A stretch of 64,000 bases of DNA from a virus, in the IMG/VR virus record IMGVR_UViG_3300020439_002657, positions 7,573-71,572 of that record; one strand, 5' to 3'. A program made the translations under genes and the position numbers. Below, in pieces: positions 45,776 to 55,576 of the stretch (its first letter is position 1; each line of letters starts with the position of its first letter). The notes beneath the pieces are model-generated. The model saw only the letters and a program-made list of their open reading frames with translations. It made no database searches and had not been told where the DNA came from.

Positions 45776-45986
45776 AAGAATGACCGCACCACCTGCAATC
45801 GCACCGGCCCCTTCGGCGGGCGGAGGAACGGGCTTCCAGGATATGCTGGAGTCCGCCATTGCAGAACCGCATTGCGCCGGGTGCGGGGCGAAGGGAGTAA
45901 AGCTCTACCAGTACGACAAGTGCCGGAAGTGCCTGGAGCCGGATCTTCGAGAATCACAGCAGTTGATCGATACATACAGACCGTAG
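45756..45986 (+). CDS. Small Zn-finger protein
   Basis: AAGGAGG SD; CAGC...CRKC. Confidence 0.55.
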   Translation: MIVTSTERMTAPPAIAPAPSAGGGTGFQDMLESAIAEPHCAGCGAKGVKLYQYDKCRKCLEPDLRESQQLIDTYRP

Positions 45987-46024
45987 CGTTTCCGCTGCGT
46001 GACTTTAGAATTTGGAGGGAGTGT

Positions 46025-46906
46025 ATGTCCGAGAAAGACATAGCAATGCGACAGGACCAGTCGCCCGAGCTTCCGGCGCAGTATTCGCTGCCGGAGCTCG
46101 AAAAGATGGCCCACACAATAGTGAAATCCGGCCTGTTTGGGATGAAAGACCAGTCTCAGGCCATGGCGTTGATGCTTCTTTGCCAGGCATCGGGCATGCA
46201 CCCGATGAAGGCAGTGCAGCGTTATGACATCATCCAGGGGCGACCGGCATTAAAGAGCCAGACAATGCTGGCAGACTTCAAGAAGGCCGGAAACCAGGTG
46301 CGATGGATCCGGAGAGACGATCGCGTATGCGAGGCCGAGTTCGCAGACCGCCAGGGGAATGTCATCACAATCAAATGGACGATGGAGATGGCACAAAAGG
46401 CGGGTCTTACGGACAAGCAGAACTGGAAGATGTATCCGAGGCAAATGCTTTCCGCCCGGGTAATTTCCGAAGGTGTAAAGGCACTCGCACCGGAGGTCGC
46501 CGAAGGCCTCTATGTTCCCGAAGAAGTAATGGATTTCGGCGAAGGATTTGGCTCTGGCCGTACGGAAAAGACCATTAATGAGGCGCCGGAAGCACCTCAA
46601 TCCGAGCCTTCCGAAACGTTCATCAGGGCAAACAATGGTATCGAAGAGGCCATGGGCGAACTTGATCTGGAACGCCTACAACGAATCCGAAGCTACATCG
46701 AGCAGAAACTGGAAGGCATCGTTACGGAAAACGAAAAGGAGAGCCTGCTAAATGCCGCAGACTCGGCCATCCAACAGGTGACCCAGGCCCTGGAGAACGT
46801 GCAACGCCCGGGTGACTCCGAGGAACAGGAAGAGCAGTCCCATGCAGTAGAACCCTCTGAAGAACCTGGTCTGGGGCTATTCGCGCCTGCTGGAGGTGCC
46901 AAATGA
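46025..46906 (+). CDS. ssDNA-annealing recombinase (RecT/Sak-like)
   Basis: IVKSGLF, IIQGRPALKS, WTMEMAQKAGL..KQNWKMYPRQML.AR, GLYVPEE. Confidence 0.85.
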   Translation: MSEKDIAMRQDQSPELPAQYSLPELEKMAHTIVKSGLFGMKDQSQAMALMLLCQASGMHPMKAVQRYDIIQGRPALKSQTMLADFKKAGNQVRWIRRDDRVCEAEFADRQGNVITIKWTMEMAQKAGLTDKQNWKMYPRQMLSARVISEGVKALAPEVAEGLYVPEEVMDFGEGFGSGRTEKTINEAPEAPQSEPSETFIRANNGIEEAMGELDLERLQRIRSYIEQKLEGIVTENEKESLLNAADSAIQQVTQALENVQRPGDSEEQEEQSHAVEPSEEPGLGLFAPAGGAK

Positions 46907-47733
46907 GTCTGATCCAGAGGAAAAGCGATGCCCACTGGTATACGCGGGACGGCGAGCCGATGCATACCGTTCCCTATGCCGACAAAAAGCGGAAGGACCG
47001 AAAGCCAACCACTTTGGCTGACGCTCGAAAACTTGGCCTTCTGCCATCGGTTACCACGGTACTGAAGGTTGTGGCCAAGCCGGGGCTGGAGTCCTGGAAG
47101 CTGGAGCAGGCTATCATGGCTTCCCTTACCCTCCCCCGTAAGAAGGATGAACCGACGGAAGACTTCGCAAAGCGAGTGGTTGAGGATATGGAATCCGAGG
47201 CCAGCAGCGCAGCGGACACCGGAAAGCAGATTCATGCGGCCATTGAACACTTCGCAAAAACCGGAGAGCTCTCACCGGAATTCCGAACCGTGGCTCGCCA
47301 CGTAGTCGCTTTCAGGCGATGGCTCCGGGAGACGGACGCCCGGATACTGGCATCTGAAAAGGTCGTGGTCGCCGAAGGATACGCGGGCACTGCGGACCTT
47401 CTTCTTGAGATTCCGGGCATAGGAACCGTCCTGGCAGATATAAAGAGCCAGTATGTGAAAGACGACAAGAAAGGCCAGCCCAAGCCCAACTTCTACGAAG
47501 AATGGTGCTATCAGATGTCTGCATACGCAGAGGCCATGGAGCATCAGGAAATGATGACCATTGACGCCGTCGCCAGCCTGGTCATGGACAAGAACCAACC
47601 TGGACGCTACTTCAGCAAGATCTGGTCCGACCAGGATCGCTCCAGGGCTCTGGCCGCATTCTCCTCTGCCTTCCGAATCTGGACAATCCAGAAGAATTAC
47701 GACCCCAGCGATTCCGCCGACGCGGCCGCATAG
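46903..47733 (+). CDS. PD-(D/E)XK exonuclease (recombination partner)
   Basis: LPSVTTVL, GKQIHAAIE, GYAGTADL...LADIKS, YQMSAY. Confidence 0.85.
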   Translation: MSLIQRKSDAHWYTRDGEPMHTVPYADKKRKDRKPTTLADARKLGLLPSVTTVLKVVAKPGLESWKLEQAIMASLTLPRKKDEPTEDFAKRVVEDMESEASSAADTGKQIHAAIEHFAKTGELSPEFRTVARHVVAFRRWLRETDARILASEKVVVAEGYAGTADLLLEIPGIGTVLADIKSQYVKDDKKGQPKPNFYEEWCYQMSAYAEAMEHQEMMTIDAVASLVMDKNQPGRYFSKIWSDQDRSRALAAFSSAFRIWTIQKNYDPSDSADAAA

Positions 47734-47774
47734 GCCGCTTTCGGCAATCATCCGTTTGGAGGGAGAACGCAGCA

Positions 47775-48071
47775 ATGGAGTCATTGAATATCAATCGAAC
47801 AGACAATGGGCCCTCTGTAGCACCAAAGCCGCCCGATTATGGTCGAAAGGTCTTCGAAGGACGGATCCAGTACGCGGACTTCCAGCTACTTCTGGACGGT
47901 CATCCAATCGAGGACAGAGAAACGGCCCTTCAGCTACAGAAAGACCTGGCCTTTGCCATAACGCGCCTGCAGCGCTATTCGGGGAAGGTCATAGAGATTC
48001 CGGACTATACAATCCGGATAGAAAACAGAGAGCGGCCTTCAGGTCGCCGCCACGATTACACGGGAGACTAA
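47775..48071 (+). CDS. Hypothetical protein
   Basis: SD; operon position. Confidence 0.55.
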   Translation: MESLNINRTDNGPSVAPKPPDYGRKVFEGRIQYADFQLLLDGHPIEDRETALQLQKDLAFAITRLQRYSGKVIEIPDYTIRIENRERPSGRRHDYTGD

Positions 48072-48072
48072 A

Positions 48073-48234
48073 ATGGAAGCAACGATAAGATCCAGCTTCT
48101 TCGCATCGGATATGCGGTATCTCAGCAGAAGGCGGAGAGCGGACCGACACCGAAACCGTCGGTTCCTGGTCATATCCTATGGAATCAGCATCTTGCTGAT
48201 CTTCTCCGTTTATTACGCAATACATCTCTGGTGA
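48073..48234 (+). CDS. Small membrane protein (53 aa, not in ORF track)
   Basis: MEATIRSS...RRFLVISYGISILLIFSVYYAIHLW; GGAG SD; fills gap. Confidence 0.5.
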   Translation: MEATIRSSFFASDMRYLSRRRRADRHRNRRFLVISYGISILLIFSVYYAIHLW

Positions 48235-48238
48235 GGTA

Positions 48239-49054
48239 ATGATGAGTCACAATCCAAACATTAGCATAATATGGGCAAAGGTTCCTCTTGCTGCGATTGC
48301 CCAAATGACCCGGCAGGAACTGCAGGTATATGCGGCATTGGCCTCTTTTCAGGGAAAAGACAAAGTCTGCTTCCCTGCTCTGGAGGCGATAGCCGAACGA
48401 ATTGAAGATCATGGTCAGTCGCAAATCAAAACCCGCAGAATAAGCCAGGTGATCCAGCAGCTCAAGCAAGCTGGTTGGATTACAGTACAGAGACGCGGAT
48501 ATGGGAGGAGCAACTTGTACCAAGTTCACACTGATTCGCAGAGAAGTGAGAATCTCACCGCCCGTGAGAATCCAGAATCGCGGCTCAGAGCAGCGAGACA
48601 TGATTCGCGGTCCAGAGGTGCGGAACATAAAAGATCACACCAAAACGGCACAGGGAAAACAACACCCAGCCCCAGGCTGGAGGCATTAGGAGCCAACCAT
48701 GCAGGCAACGAAAACCAGGCCTACTCAGAAGTACAACGGCCAGTCAGAAACTCAACGCATCCGAAAAGCGTATGCCATGGAGATTTCCAAAAACAGCGGC
48801 CTGGAATTGGATCAGATCCAGAGAATCGTATCAGCCATTCCAGAGAAAGACAGAACGGGAGTCCTGCGATGGATGGCATGGTTCGGTGGGAAGGATCCGG
48901 AACAGATTATCCGCCTGTACCAGGATACCCCCCGGAAGATCAGCGAACACTTCGAATCCTTCGAAACCTTCACAAATCGGCGAGGGAGATGAGCGACGAA
49001 GAGGCCGGAGAAGTCTGGGATTATCTGGAGGCGAGAGCAGCCGTCGCGGGGTGA
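48239..49054 (+). CDS. Replication initiator-like protein (N-terminal wHTH, HTH_36-like)
   Basis: LQVYAALASF...CFPALEAIAE...ISQVIQQLKQAGWI..RRGYGRSNLY. Confidence 0.7.
   Translation: MMSHNPNISIIWAKVPLAAIAQMTRQELQVYAALASFQGKDKVCFPALEAIAERIEDHGQSQIKTRRISQVIQQLKQAGWITVQRRGYGRSNLYQVHTDSQRSENLTARENPESRLRAARHDSRSRGAEHKRSHQNGTGKTTPSPRLEALGANHAGNENQAYSEVQRPVRNSTHPKSVCHGDFQKQRPGIGSDPENRISHSRERQNGSPAMDGMVRWEGSGTDYPPVPGYPPEDQRTLRILRNLHKSAREMSDEEAGEVWDYLEARAAVAG
48699..48992 (+). CDS. Nested out-of-frame hypothetical protein
   Basis: AGGAG SD 7 nt before ATG; globular helical composition. Confidence 0.5.
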   Translation: MQATKTRPTQKYNGQSETQRIRKAYAMEISKNSGLELDQIQRIVSAIPEKDRTGVLRWMAWFGGKDPEQIIRLYQDTPRKISEHFESFETFTNRRGR

Positions 49055-49058
49055 GTCC

Positions 49059-49271
49059 ATGGACACATCGGCCAGTAACATACTGAACGGCACTGGCAGG
49101 ATCGACCTCGAGGGTCGCCTTGCTCATTGCTACATCCTGGGCTTCGAGTGGGCCATTGTAGTGGGGAAGCAGGTCGAGGCAGCTACGCGACAGCGCCCAG
49201 AGCAAGTTCCTGAAGATGGACAACTGATCCATCTTGCAACCTATCAAGGAGTGCGAAATGAACAGAGATAG
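49059..49271 (+). CDS. Hypothetical protein
   Basis: Operon continuity. Confidence 0.45.
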   Translation: MDTSASNILNGTGRIDLEGRLAHCYILGFEWAIVVGKQVEAATRQRPEQVPEDGQLIHLATYQGVRNEQR

Positions 49272-49755
49272 AATTAGATTCAGAAAGATCAAATACACCG
49301 GGGATCCACTTCGGTTTTCCCTGGTATGGGAGAAATCAAACGGGGATGCCTGGGACGAATACTCCATGAGCAGCCTGGATGAACCACATCCAGATTTTGT
49401 GGAGGCCCTCCAGGGATTGATCCCTTCCGTCATCGAAATCTGCGAGCTGCAACCGGAGGACATGGAAGCGGAGTACTATCGCCACTCCATCCGTGGAGTC
49501 ACCTTCGGCTACGCAGGCGAGGACGAGATCCTGGGAGCCAGCATCACATCGATGCGAGGACTGAACGACTCCAACAGTCCACTGGTCCTGAATACTCCGT
49601 ACCTCCCCGAAGAGGACCTAAACGACATGGATGGTCCGGTTCTCCCCCAGAAGTGCATCCGGGCTCTTGAGGTCCTTATGGATGAAGCAGAGGCCTACCT
49701 GAATCGATCAAAGCGATCACAACCGGAGCTCTTTGCCGTGGAGGCCGCAAAATGA
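49258..49755 (+). CDS. Conserved phage hypothetical protein
   Basis: AAGGAG SD; PHPDF, PLVLNTP, QPELF clamp-binding-like C-terminus. Confidence 0.65.
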   Translation: MNRDRIRFRKIKYTGDPLRFSLVWEKSNGDAWDEYSMSSLDEPHPDFVEALQGLIPSVIEICELQPEDMEAEYYRHSIRGVTFGYAGEDEILGASITSMRGLNDSNSPLVLNTPYLPEEDLNDMDGPVLPQKCIRALEVLMDEAEAYLNRSKRSQPELFAVEAAK

Positions 49756-50480
49756 GCGTCGTAAAGGTCCAGGAAAAGCCAATGATCTTTAGCGGAGACA
49801 TGGTCCGGAGGATTCTGGACGGGTACTACTCGCCCGGCAACGGAAAGACCATTACCCGCCGGATCATCAATCGACTTTCCGGGTGGGGACAAATCAAGAG
49901 CATCCGAGAAAGCGACTTCAAGCACTTTGACTGGCTGATTCAGGATAAACAGGGCCGGTACCACAACCTTACAAACGCGGAGCTATTGGAGCGATGCCCC
50001 TATGGGCAAGTTGGAACGCGCTTGTGGGTTCGTGAGAATTGCCGCGCCAGGGAGTTGGAGTCTGGATTGGACGGTGTCCAATATGAGGCTGATGGTTCCT
50101 TCATCCCTATTGAGAATTCCGAGGAAGCCAGCGAAGCCTGGGGCAGGCTGGCCAGTCACAACGGTGCCATTTTTGGCGGCCAGGTTCCCTCCATTCACAT
50201 GCCGCGATGGGCTTCCAGGATCTTGCTGGAGGTCACAGCCTTAAGAGCCGAACGACTCTGCTCGATTACCGAAGCCGATGCGATTGCCGAAGGCGTTTCC
50301 ACTTGTGGACCGGTTCCCATCACCGGTGAGTACAAGACTTTTTCAGCAGTCGAAAGGTTCCGAATCCTCTGGGATTTTCTTAACAACGGGCGTGGCCCGA
50401 AGGAGCGGCGACGATACGGTTGGGCACAGAATCCTCCGGTATGGGTGCTATCGTTCAAAGTTCTGGAGGTACGAAAATGA
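49752..50480 (+). CDS. ASCH/PUA-like phage protein
   Basis: PMIFSGDMVRRILDG..KTITRR, CPYGQVGTRLWVRE, PSIHMPRWASRILLEV, NPPVWVLSF. Confidence 0.8.
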   Translation: MSVVKVQEKPMIFSGDMVRRILDGYYSPGNGKTITRRIINRLSGWGQIKSIRESDFKHFDWLIQDKQGRYHNLTNAELLERCPYGQVGTRLWVRENCRARELESGLDGVQYEADGSFIPIENSEEASEAWGRLASHNGAIFGGQVPSIHMPRWASRILLEVTALRAERLCSITEADAIAEGVSTCGPVPITGEYKTFSAVERFRILWDFLNNGRGPKERRRYGWAQNPPVWVLSFKVLEVRK

Positions 50481-50788
50481 AGCTCCCCAACAAATCCCAG
50501 TTCCGGAAGGAGCTAAGAAGAATCACCGATGCAATTCGCTTGTCGGCACTATTCAAATTTGTCGATCAGCCACCAGCGATCACGTCAGCAGGCTCCCTTC
50601 ATCTAAAGGGCGACGGTTATACAGTGGTCGACCGCGACTATGTAATCCTTGTGGTAGAAGGAGACCACGTTCTTTCCTTTCGCCGAGATGAACTGGCCCA
50701 GGCGTTGGCCAGGGCGTCGGCCGGCCAGGAAATCGGGCCGCTTTCTATCCATACACAAAAACAGAGAGGCCGGGAGGTGCGCAATTGA
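50477..50788 (+). CDS. Hypothetical protein
   Basis: GGAGG SD, ATGA overlap. Confidence 0.55.
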   Translation: MKLPNKSQFRKELRRITDAIRLSALFKFVDQPPAITSAGSLHLKGDGYTVVDRDYVILVVEGDHVLSFRRDELAQALARASAGQEIGPLSIHTQKQRGREVRN

Positions 50789-51537
50789 AGTGCAATGCGA
50801 GCGAAATCCTCCGGCTCCTCCGCTCCCGCCACAAGGATGATGTCTTTGTCGATGAGGTAAAGACCGGACCCACCGGTAACGGCTTGCTTATCCTGGATGC
50901 TTGGGCCATGAAAAAGTCCCGGAGCAGGCCGAGTACTATCGGCTACGAAATCAAGGTATCCCGCTCTGATTTCACCAGGGACTCAAAGTGGCATGGGTAT
51001 CTGGACTATTGCAATGAATTCTATTTTGTAGCCCCTCCTGGAATCATCCGTCCGGACGAACTGCCTCCGGAAGCCGGGCTGCTTACCGTAGCCAGCACGA
51101 AAACCAAAGTCTTCACGAAAAAGAAGGCGGTCTACCGAAAGGGACCGATCCCGAACAGCCTGTATCGCTATCTCTTGATGTGTCGCTGTGAGATAACCAG
51201 AGACATATCTGGCCGTGACGCACGAAGGGACTACTTCCAGGATCTCAAAGATGGAAAGCGGAGCGACCGAGAACTCGGCCACTTCATCGCCTATAAAACG
51301 GCAGAGAAGATTCTAAACCTTGGAAGAGACAAAGCCCGCCTTGAGCGCCGAAACCAGGAGCTTGAGATGCTCTGGAATCTTCTAAGAGAAGCCGGATTCG
51401 ATCCGGGACAACCAGACCGCATTTATGCGGCCCGGGAATTCATCAAGCTGGCAACCGGCGGCCTGAAGCAGGAGGACATTCAAAAACTGGAGTCCGCCAG
51501 GAAAGCCATAAACGAGGTAATTGTTTCTAAACGCTGA
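50785..51537 (+). CDS. MmcB-like PD-(D/E)XK nuclease
   Basis: LDAWAM...GYEIKVSRSDF..D.KW..YLDYCNEFYFVAP...ELP..AGL. Confidence 0.85.
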   Translation: MKCNASEILRLLRSRHKDDVFVDEVKTGPTGNGLLILDAWAMKKSRSRPSTIGYEIKVSRSDFTRDSKWHGYLDYCNEFYFVAPPGIIRPDELPPEAGLLTVASTKTKVFTKKKAVYRKGPIPNSLYRYLLMCRCEITRDISGRDARRDYFQDLKDGKRSDRELGHFIAYKTAEKILNLGRDKARLERRNQELEMLWNLLREAGFDPGQPDRIYAAREFIKLATGGLKQEDIQKLESARKAINEVIVSKR

Positions 51538-51545
51538 GAGGATCC

Positions 51546-52379
51546 ATGGAAAGACCCGTTCTGAAATACAACGGCTCAAAATGGCTACTAACGGATTGGA
51601 TCCTCGAGCACTTCCCGGCGCACAAGGTGTATGTTGACCTTTTTGGCGGAGGCGGATCCGTGCTGCTGCGAAAGGACCGCGCCCGATTTGAATACTACAA
51701 CGACGTGGACGGAGAGCTCTGCACTTTCTTTCGAGTGCTCCGGGATCGACCCCGGGAGCTGATCCGCTCTATCCGATTCACCGCTTACTCCCGGGACGAA
51801 TTCGAGATAACCCGGACTTCGACGGAATCCGAACTGGAAACAGCCCGTCGATTCTATACCCGCTGCTGGATGAACATGAGCAACAACCGGGCGGGTGGCT
51901 CCTTCCGGTCCTATGGAAATGTCTTCTCCAGCGGTGGTTACCGACCGGCCTCCATGTTTGCAGACCTTCGGCCCTTGTACCGGGCTGCAATGCGATTTCG
52001 GGGAGTTGTAATCGAGAGCAAGGATTATGGCAAGCTCCTCAAGGAGTGTTCCAGCCCCGAGACTCTCTTATTCATCGACCCTCCCTATTTGGGAATCTGC
52101 CGCAAAGCCGGAAGAGCCTACCAGCATGAAATGATGAGCATCTGGGAGCACTTCATTCTATTTCTCAGGCTCCGAAAAAGCCCCTCTATGATCGTCCTCT
52201 GCGGCTATCCATCGAAGCTCTACGAAATCACTTTTGAGCGAGCTGGGTGGAAGCGAGTCGAAAAGCGAACCAGAGACAACAAGCGGAATGAGAGAATCGA
52301 GTGCCTCTGGCTGAACCCGGCCTGCCAGAAGGCCCTCGGCCAGCAGGATCTTTTCCCCGATTTCGTTCACGCGAGATAA
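51546..52379 (+). CDS. DNA adenine methyltransferase (Dam/D12 class)
   Basis: LKYNGSKW, YVDLFGGGGSV, FIDPPY. Confidence 0.95.
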   Translation: MERPVLKYNGSKWLLTDWILEHFPAHKVYVDLFGGGGSVLLRKDRARFEYYNDVDGELCTFFRVLRDRPRELIRSIRFTAYSRDEFEITRTSTESELETARRFYTRCWMNMSNNRAGGSFRSYGNVFSSGGYRPASMFADLRPLYRAAMRFRGVVIESKDYGKLLKECSSPETLLFIDPPYLGICRKAGRAYQHEMMSIWEHFILFLRLRKSPSMIVLCGYPSKLYEITFERAGWKRVEKRTRDNKRNERIECLWLNPACQKALGQQDLFPDFVHAR

Positions 52380-52381
52380 CA

Positions 52382-53209
52382 ATGACGGCATACTACAATG
52401 AAATAGACCCTTTCGCCGCACAATGGCTCCGGAATCTCATAGAGGAAGGACTCATAGCCGATGGCGACGTGGACACCAGGAGCATAGCGGATGTCAGAGC
52501 AGACGACCTTACCGGGTATCGACAGTATCACTTCTTTGCGGGAATCGGAGGCTGGAGCATCGCCCTCCGCCAGGCAGGATGGCCGGATGATCGGCCCGTC
52601 TTTACAGGATCACCACCATGCCAGCCATTCTCTCATGCAGGAAGGCAAGCGGGAATCAGAGACGAAAGACACCTTGCCCCGGAATGGATCCGTTTGGTCA
52701 GAGCCCTCCGGCCTTCTGTCATCTTTGGTGAACAGGTTGCCGCTGCAGTCGACCGGGACTCCTGGCTCGATGATCTACTCGATGCACTGGAAGACGAAGG
52801 TTACTCCACGGGGGCGGAAGTACTACCAGCTTGTAGCGTCGGCGCACCGCACATCCGACAGCGACTCTGGTTCGTTGGGTGGCTGGGGAACACCGGCAGC
52901 ACGGGACTGGAAAGACTCCCCGGGGCAGAGCATTGCCGGAGTCAACCCGGACGGATCCCCCCGAGTCCGCCTCGACCAGCTCCCACGACAGGCTGCGATA
53001 GCGGGTCTGGCCCCTGGGACGGATTTGACCGCATCCCCTTCCCCATTGGTAGGCCGAGGCCAATACAATCCGGGCTTAGCCCGATGGCTCATGGGATACC
53101 CGCAAGAATGGGACGATTGCGCGCCTACGGGAATGCGATAGTCCCTCCCCTCGCTGCCGAAGTAATCAAGACTCTAATGGAGCGCATGGAGGTGCCGGTA
53201 TGCTCCTGA
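52382..53209 (+). CDS. DNA cytosine-C5 methyltransferase, large subunit (lacks motif IX; motif I permuted)
   Basis: [49 protein letters not shown]. Confidence 0.9.
   Translation: MTAYYNEIDPFAAQWLRNLIEEGLIADGDVDTRSIADVRADDLTGYRQYHFFAGIGGWSIALRQAGWPDDRPVFTGSPPCQPFSHAGRQAGIRDERHLAPEWIRLVRALRPSVIFGEQVAAAVDRDSWLDDLLDALEDEGYSTGAEVLPACSVGAPHIRQRLWFVGWLGNTGSTGLERLPGAEHCRSQPGRIPPSPPRPAPTTGCDSGSGPWDGFDRIPFPIGRPRPIQSGLSPMAHGIPARMGRLRAYGNAIVPPLAAEVIKTLMERMEVPVCS
52491..53141 (+). CDS. C5-MTase small subunit in alternative frame (TRD + motif IX)
   Basis: Nested +1 ORF with [11 protein letters not shown] and [16 protein letters not shown]. Confidence 0.7.
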   Translation: MSEQTTLPGIDSITSLRESEAGASPSARQDGRMIGPSLQDHHHASHSLMQEGKRESETKDTLPRNGSVWSEPSGLLSSLVNRLPLQSTGTPGSMIYSMHWKTKVTPRGRKYYQLVASAHRTSDSDSGSLGGWGTPAARDWKDSPGQSIAGVNPDGSPRVRLDQLPRQAAIAGLAPGTDLTASPSPLVGRGQYNPGLARWLMGYPQEWDDCAPTGMR

Positions 53210-53568
53210 CGCACTCCCAGCGCCTTGCCGAGATTTACCCGGACTTCCCGGAGTTCGCAAAGCTCTCCGTGAAGATCGAATGGGCCATGCGGAAACGAAA
53301 GAAGATGAACGGGGGCCGCTGCAGGAAGACCGGAGGGAAGCCCTGTGATTCAGCACATCTACTGCCCCGGAGATTTCCGCATCGGGACTACTGCGCCTAC
53401 GATCCCGAATGGATAACAACGCTCCACCGGTTCTGGCACTCATGGCCAGGAAACCCGCAATGTTATGATAAGCAGATTACGGTTCGAGATAAGTGGCTCT
53501 GGCTTCTCGATCATGGCCTCGATAGAGAGGCGGCCATGCTGGAGCCTTTAGTAATGAAAGGATGGTGA
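53200..53568 (+). CDS. Hypothetical protein, possibly NinG/HNH-like
   Basis: GRCRKTG..CDSAHLLPR...TLHRFWH; GGAGG SD. Confidence 0.55.
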   Translation: MLLTHSQRLAEIYPDFPEFAKLSVKIEWAMRKRKKMNGGRCRKTGGKPCDSAHLLPRRFPHRDYCAYDPEWITTLHRFWHSWPGNPQCYDKQITVRDKWLWLLDHGLDREAAMLEPLVMKGW

Positions 53569-53574
53569 AAAGAA

Positions 53575-53877
53575 ATGAATGAAGAAACGTTAAGTGTAAC
53601 GGATTGGAGAAGAGACCTTTCAAGGATCGTCAGTGAAATGCTCGATGCGCCTTCGCCGGAAGGAATCTACCCGACGACGGAGTGCCTGGATAGGCTGGAA
53701 CAGCAGATAGCCAAAGCGGTCATTTACGGAGTTGGCTGGGGTCACGCGGATGCCTGCGCGGACATAGACAACAAGCGCGATCCCCGGGCGAAAGACCTGG
53801 GCGATATGTTGCGCCGGGCAAAGGTAGACCTCGGACTCTCACCCAGGGAAGACGCGGAGGCAGTCAATGCCAGTTGA
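53575..53877 (+). CDS. Hypothetical protein
   Basis: Operon continuity. Confidence 0.6.
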   Translation: MNEETLSVTDWRRDLSRIVSEMLDAPSPEGIYPTTECLDRLEQQIAKAVIYGVGWGHADACADIDNKRDPRAKDLGDMLRRAKVDLGLSPREDAEAVNAS

Positions 53878-54256
53878 CCAGCTCTTGTTCGCCCTCGGCT
53901 TACTATCCGCATCTGCGCTCTATACCATTGCAGCCTTGTCCGGGAGGGTCCTTCGGTGGAGACAAGAACGACAACGTCTCAATGGTTACGCCAGGCTATA
54001 TGGGGTCCCTCCTTATTTTCCGGAAGAGAACACCGGCATAAGAAAGCGGATCCTGGATGCGGGCAAAGCAGTGATGAATAAAGCATTTAAGTGGGTTCGA
54101 TTATACCTGGGTATCGCCCGAGTTCCCGAGATTTGCGAAGCGTCAACCGGCAAGAGAGACTTCCATGATTACTCGGTCCATAAAGGTGGCACCGGATGGC
54201 CTGCGCACTTCTATACCTACCGGTGCTGGAACTGCGGCAAGGAATTTGAGATTTAG
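53867..54256 (+). CDS. Hypothetical protein (N-terminal TM, C-terminal CxxC)
   Basis: GGAGG SD; YRCWNCGKEF. Confidence 0.55.
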   Translation: MPVDQLLFALGLLSASALYTIAALSGRVLRWRQERQRLNGYARLYGVPPYFPEENTGIRKRILDAGKAVMNKAFKWVRLYLGIARVPEICEASTGKRDFHDYSVHKGGTGWPAHFYTYRCWNCGKEFEI

Positions 54257-54272
54257 GAAGGAGTGAAGAACA

Positions 54273-55205
54273 TTGCCAGTCGAGACATTGCCCGATAAAC
54301 GAAAAAATCAGAAGAATACCGGGTATGGGAGGCAGAACACATTGAAGAGCCACCATACCGAGAAGGTCGTGGATCTGGATATCGCCGATCTCAAAGAGCA
54401 TCCAGACAATTACATATTCAAGGCCAGTTCACAATTCATCAAGAACCTGGCCGCTTCCATTGCCCGGGATGGCCTGGAAGAGCCGATTCTCGTAAACCGT
54501 GAAGGATATATTATCTCCGGACACAAACGGGTCAAGGCCTGCAAACTTCTCGGGTGGACCGCGATCCCGGGAAAGATCCGAGACATCCCGCTGAAAGGCA
54601 GCATAGGAAAACTCATTCGATCCAATACCGGTCGGCAGTCGGTTACTCGCAGGATCCGCAACCGCATCTATGAGAGAATCGCGCCGGAGTTCTGGGACCT
54701 GGAGGCCCGAATAACCCGAAAGAGAGTGAGAGAGATTGCACCGGAAATCGGGATCTCCGAGAACACCGTCCTCAAGGATCTATCTTACATCCGTGGCGAA
54801 ACGAGCGAAAAGGTCACGCAGGAAATGGTCGCCCAGGAATGGCGCTCAAAATACCGCAAGGCAAAGGTGAACCTGATCGACGCCGGAGACGGACTCTACA
54901 TCTGCCAGGTATCCCTGCACAGCCAGCAGATCAATTCCGGTCCGGATAAGATGCAGGCAGTCCTCTCTGACAGCTTAAAGAAAGCGCGCTCACGGTACTG
55001 GGAGCGGGACTCACGTTACAGCGCAACCGGCCTGGAGATCCGAACCATCCGCAAGCAGCTCGGGCTTACCCAGTCCGGTCTTGCCCACGCTCTCGGGATC
55101 TCGCAATCCTACCTGGCGGAGGTGGAAGCCGGAATGTATGAAGCTGCGAACTCAATTCTACAACAGGTTCAGGATTACCGCGAAGAAGTCCGGGAATTAC
55201 GATAA
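54273..55205 (+). CDS. ParB/Srx N-terminal domain + XRE HTH protein
   Basis: LKEHPDN, SIARDGLEEPILV, IISGHKRVKA; C-terminal IRKQLGLTQSGLAHALGISQSYLAEVEAG. Confidence 0.85.
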   Translation: MPVETLPDKRKNQKNTGYGRQNTLKSHHTEKVVDLDIADLKEHPDNYIFKASSQFIKNLAASIARDGLEEPILVNREGYIISGHKRVKACKLLGWTAIPGKIRDIPLKGSIGKLIRSNTGRQSVTRRIRNRIYERIAPEFWDLEARITRKRVREIAPEIGISENTVLKDLSYIRGETSEKVTQEMVAQEWRSKYRKAKVNLIDAGDGLYICQVSLHSQQINSGPDKMQAVLSDSLKKARSRYWERDSRYSATGLEIRTIRKQLGLTQSGLAHALGISQSYLAEVEAGMYEAANSILQQVQDYREEVRELR

Positions 55206-55229
55206 CGCAACGCAGGGAGGATACTTGAA

Positions 55230-55337
55230 ATGATCTGGGAGACAATAGCATACGCGGCCCTGGGAGGGGCCATTGGCGGCGGCATAACGACTCTGGTAAT
55301 TATTGGCATTCGCTGCATTCTGGAAGGATGGGAATGA
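55230..55337 (+). CDS. Tiny TM peptide (35 aa, not in ORF track)
   Basis: GGAGG SD; MIWETIAYAALGGAIGGGITTLVIIGIRCILEGWE. Confidence 0.45.
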   Translation: MIWETIAYAALGGAIGGGITTLVIIGIRCILEGWE

Positions 55338-55576
55338 TGGGTAGCGATGGATATCAACCAAAAGGCTCAGGGAACATGTCAAACCCACCACAAGGAGGCA
55401 GTGGCATGCCTGCCAAGGAGCCTTCTCTGATAGGCAATTATTGTCCACGATGCGGGAAAATGCCGGAGGAAGATGAACGCCCCGACCTTCCCGGTAGCCT
55501 AAAGCAGGGAAAACGCATCGCCCAGCTTGAGAATTTACTCATTGCACATGACATTCCCATTCCGGAGGAACCGTAG
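55328..55576 (+). CDS. Hypothetical protein
   Basis: Operon continuity; YCPRCGK. Confidence 0.5.
   Translation: MGMMGSDGYQPKGSGNMSNPPQGGSGMPAKEPSLIGNYCPRCGKMPEEDERPDLPGSLKQGKRIAQLENLLIAHDIPIPEEP

Noticed and set aside
54288-54327. Extra TTGCCC-GATA motif inside the ParB-HTH gene
   Set aside because: Poor -10 box and only a 6-codon ORF downstream; may be chance or a binding site only.
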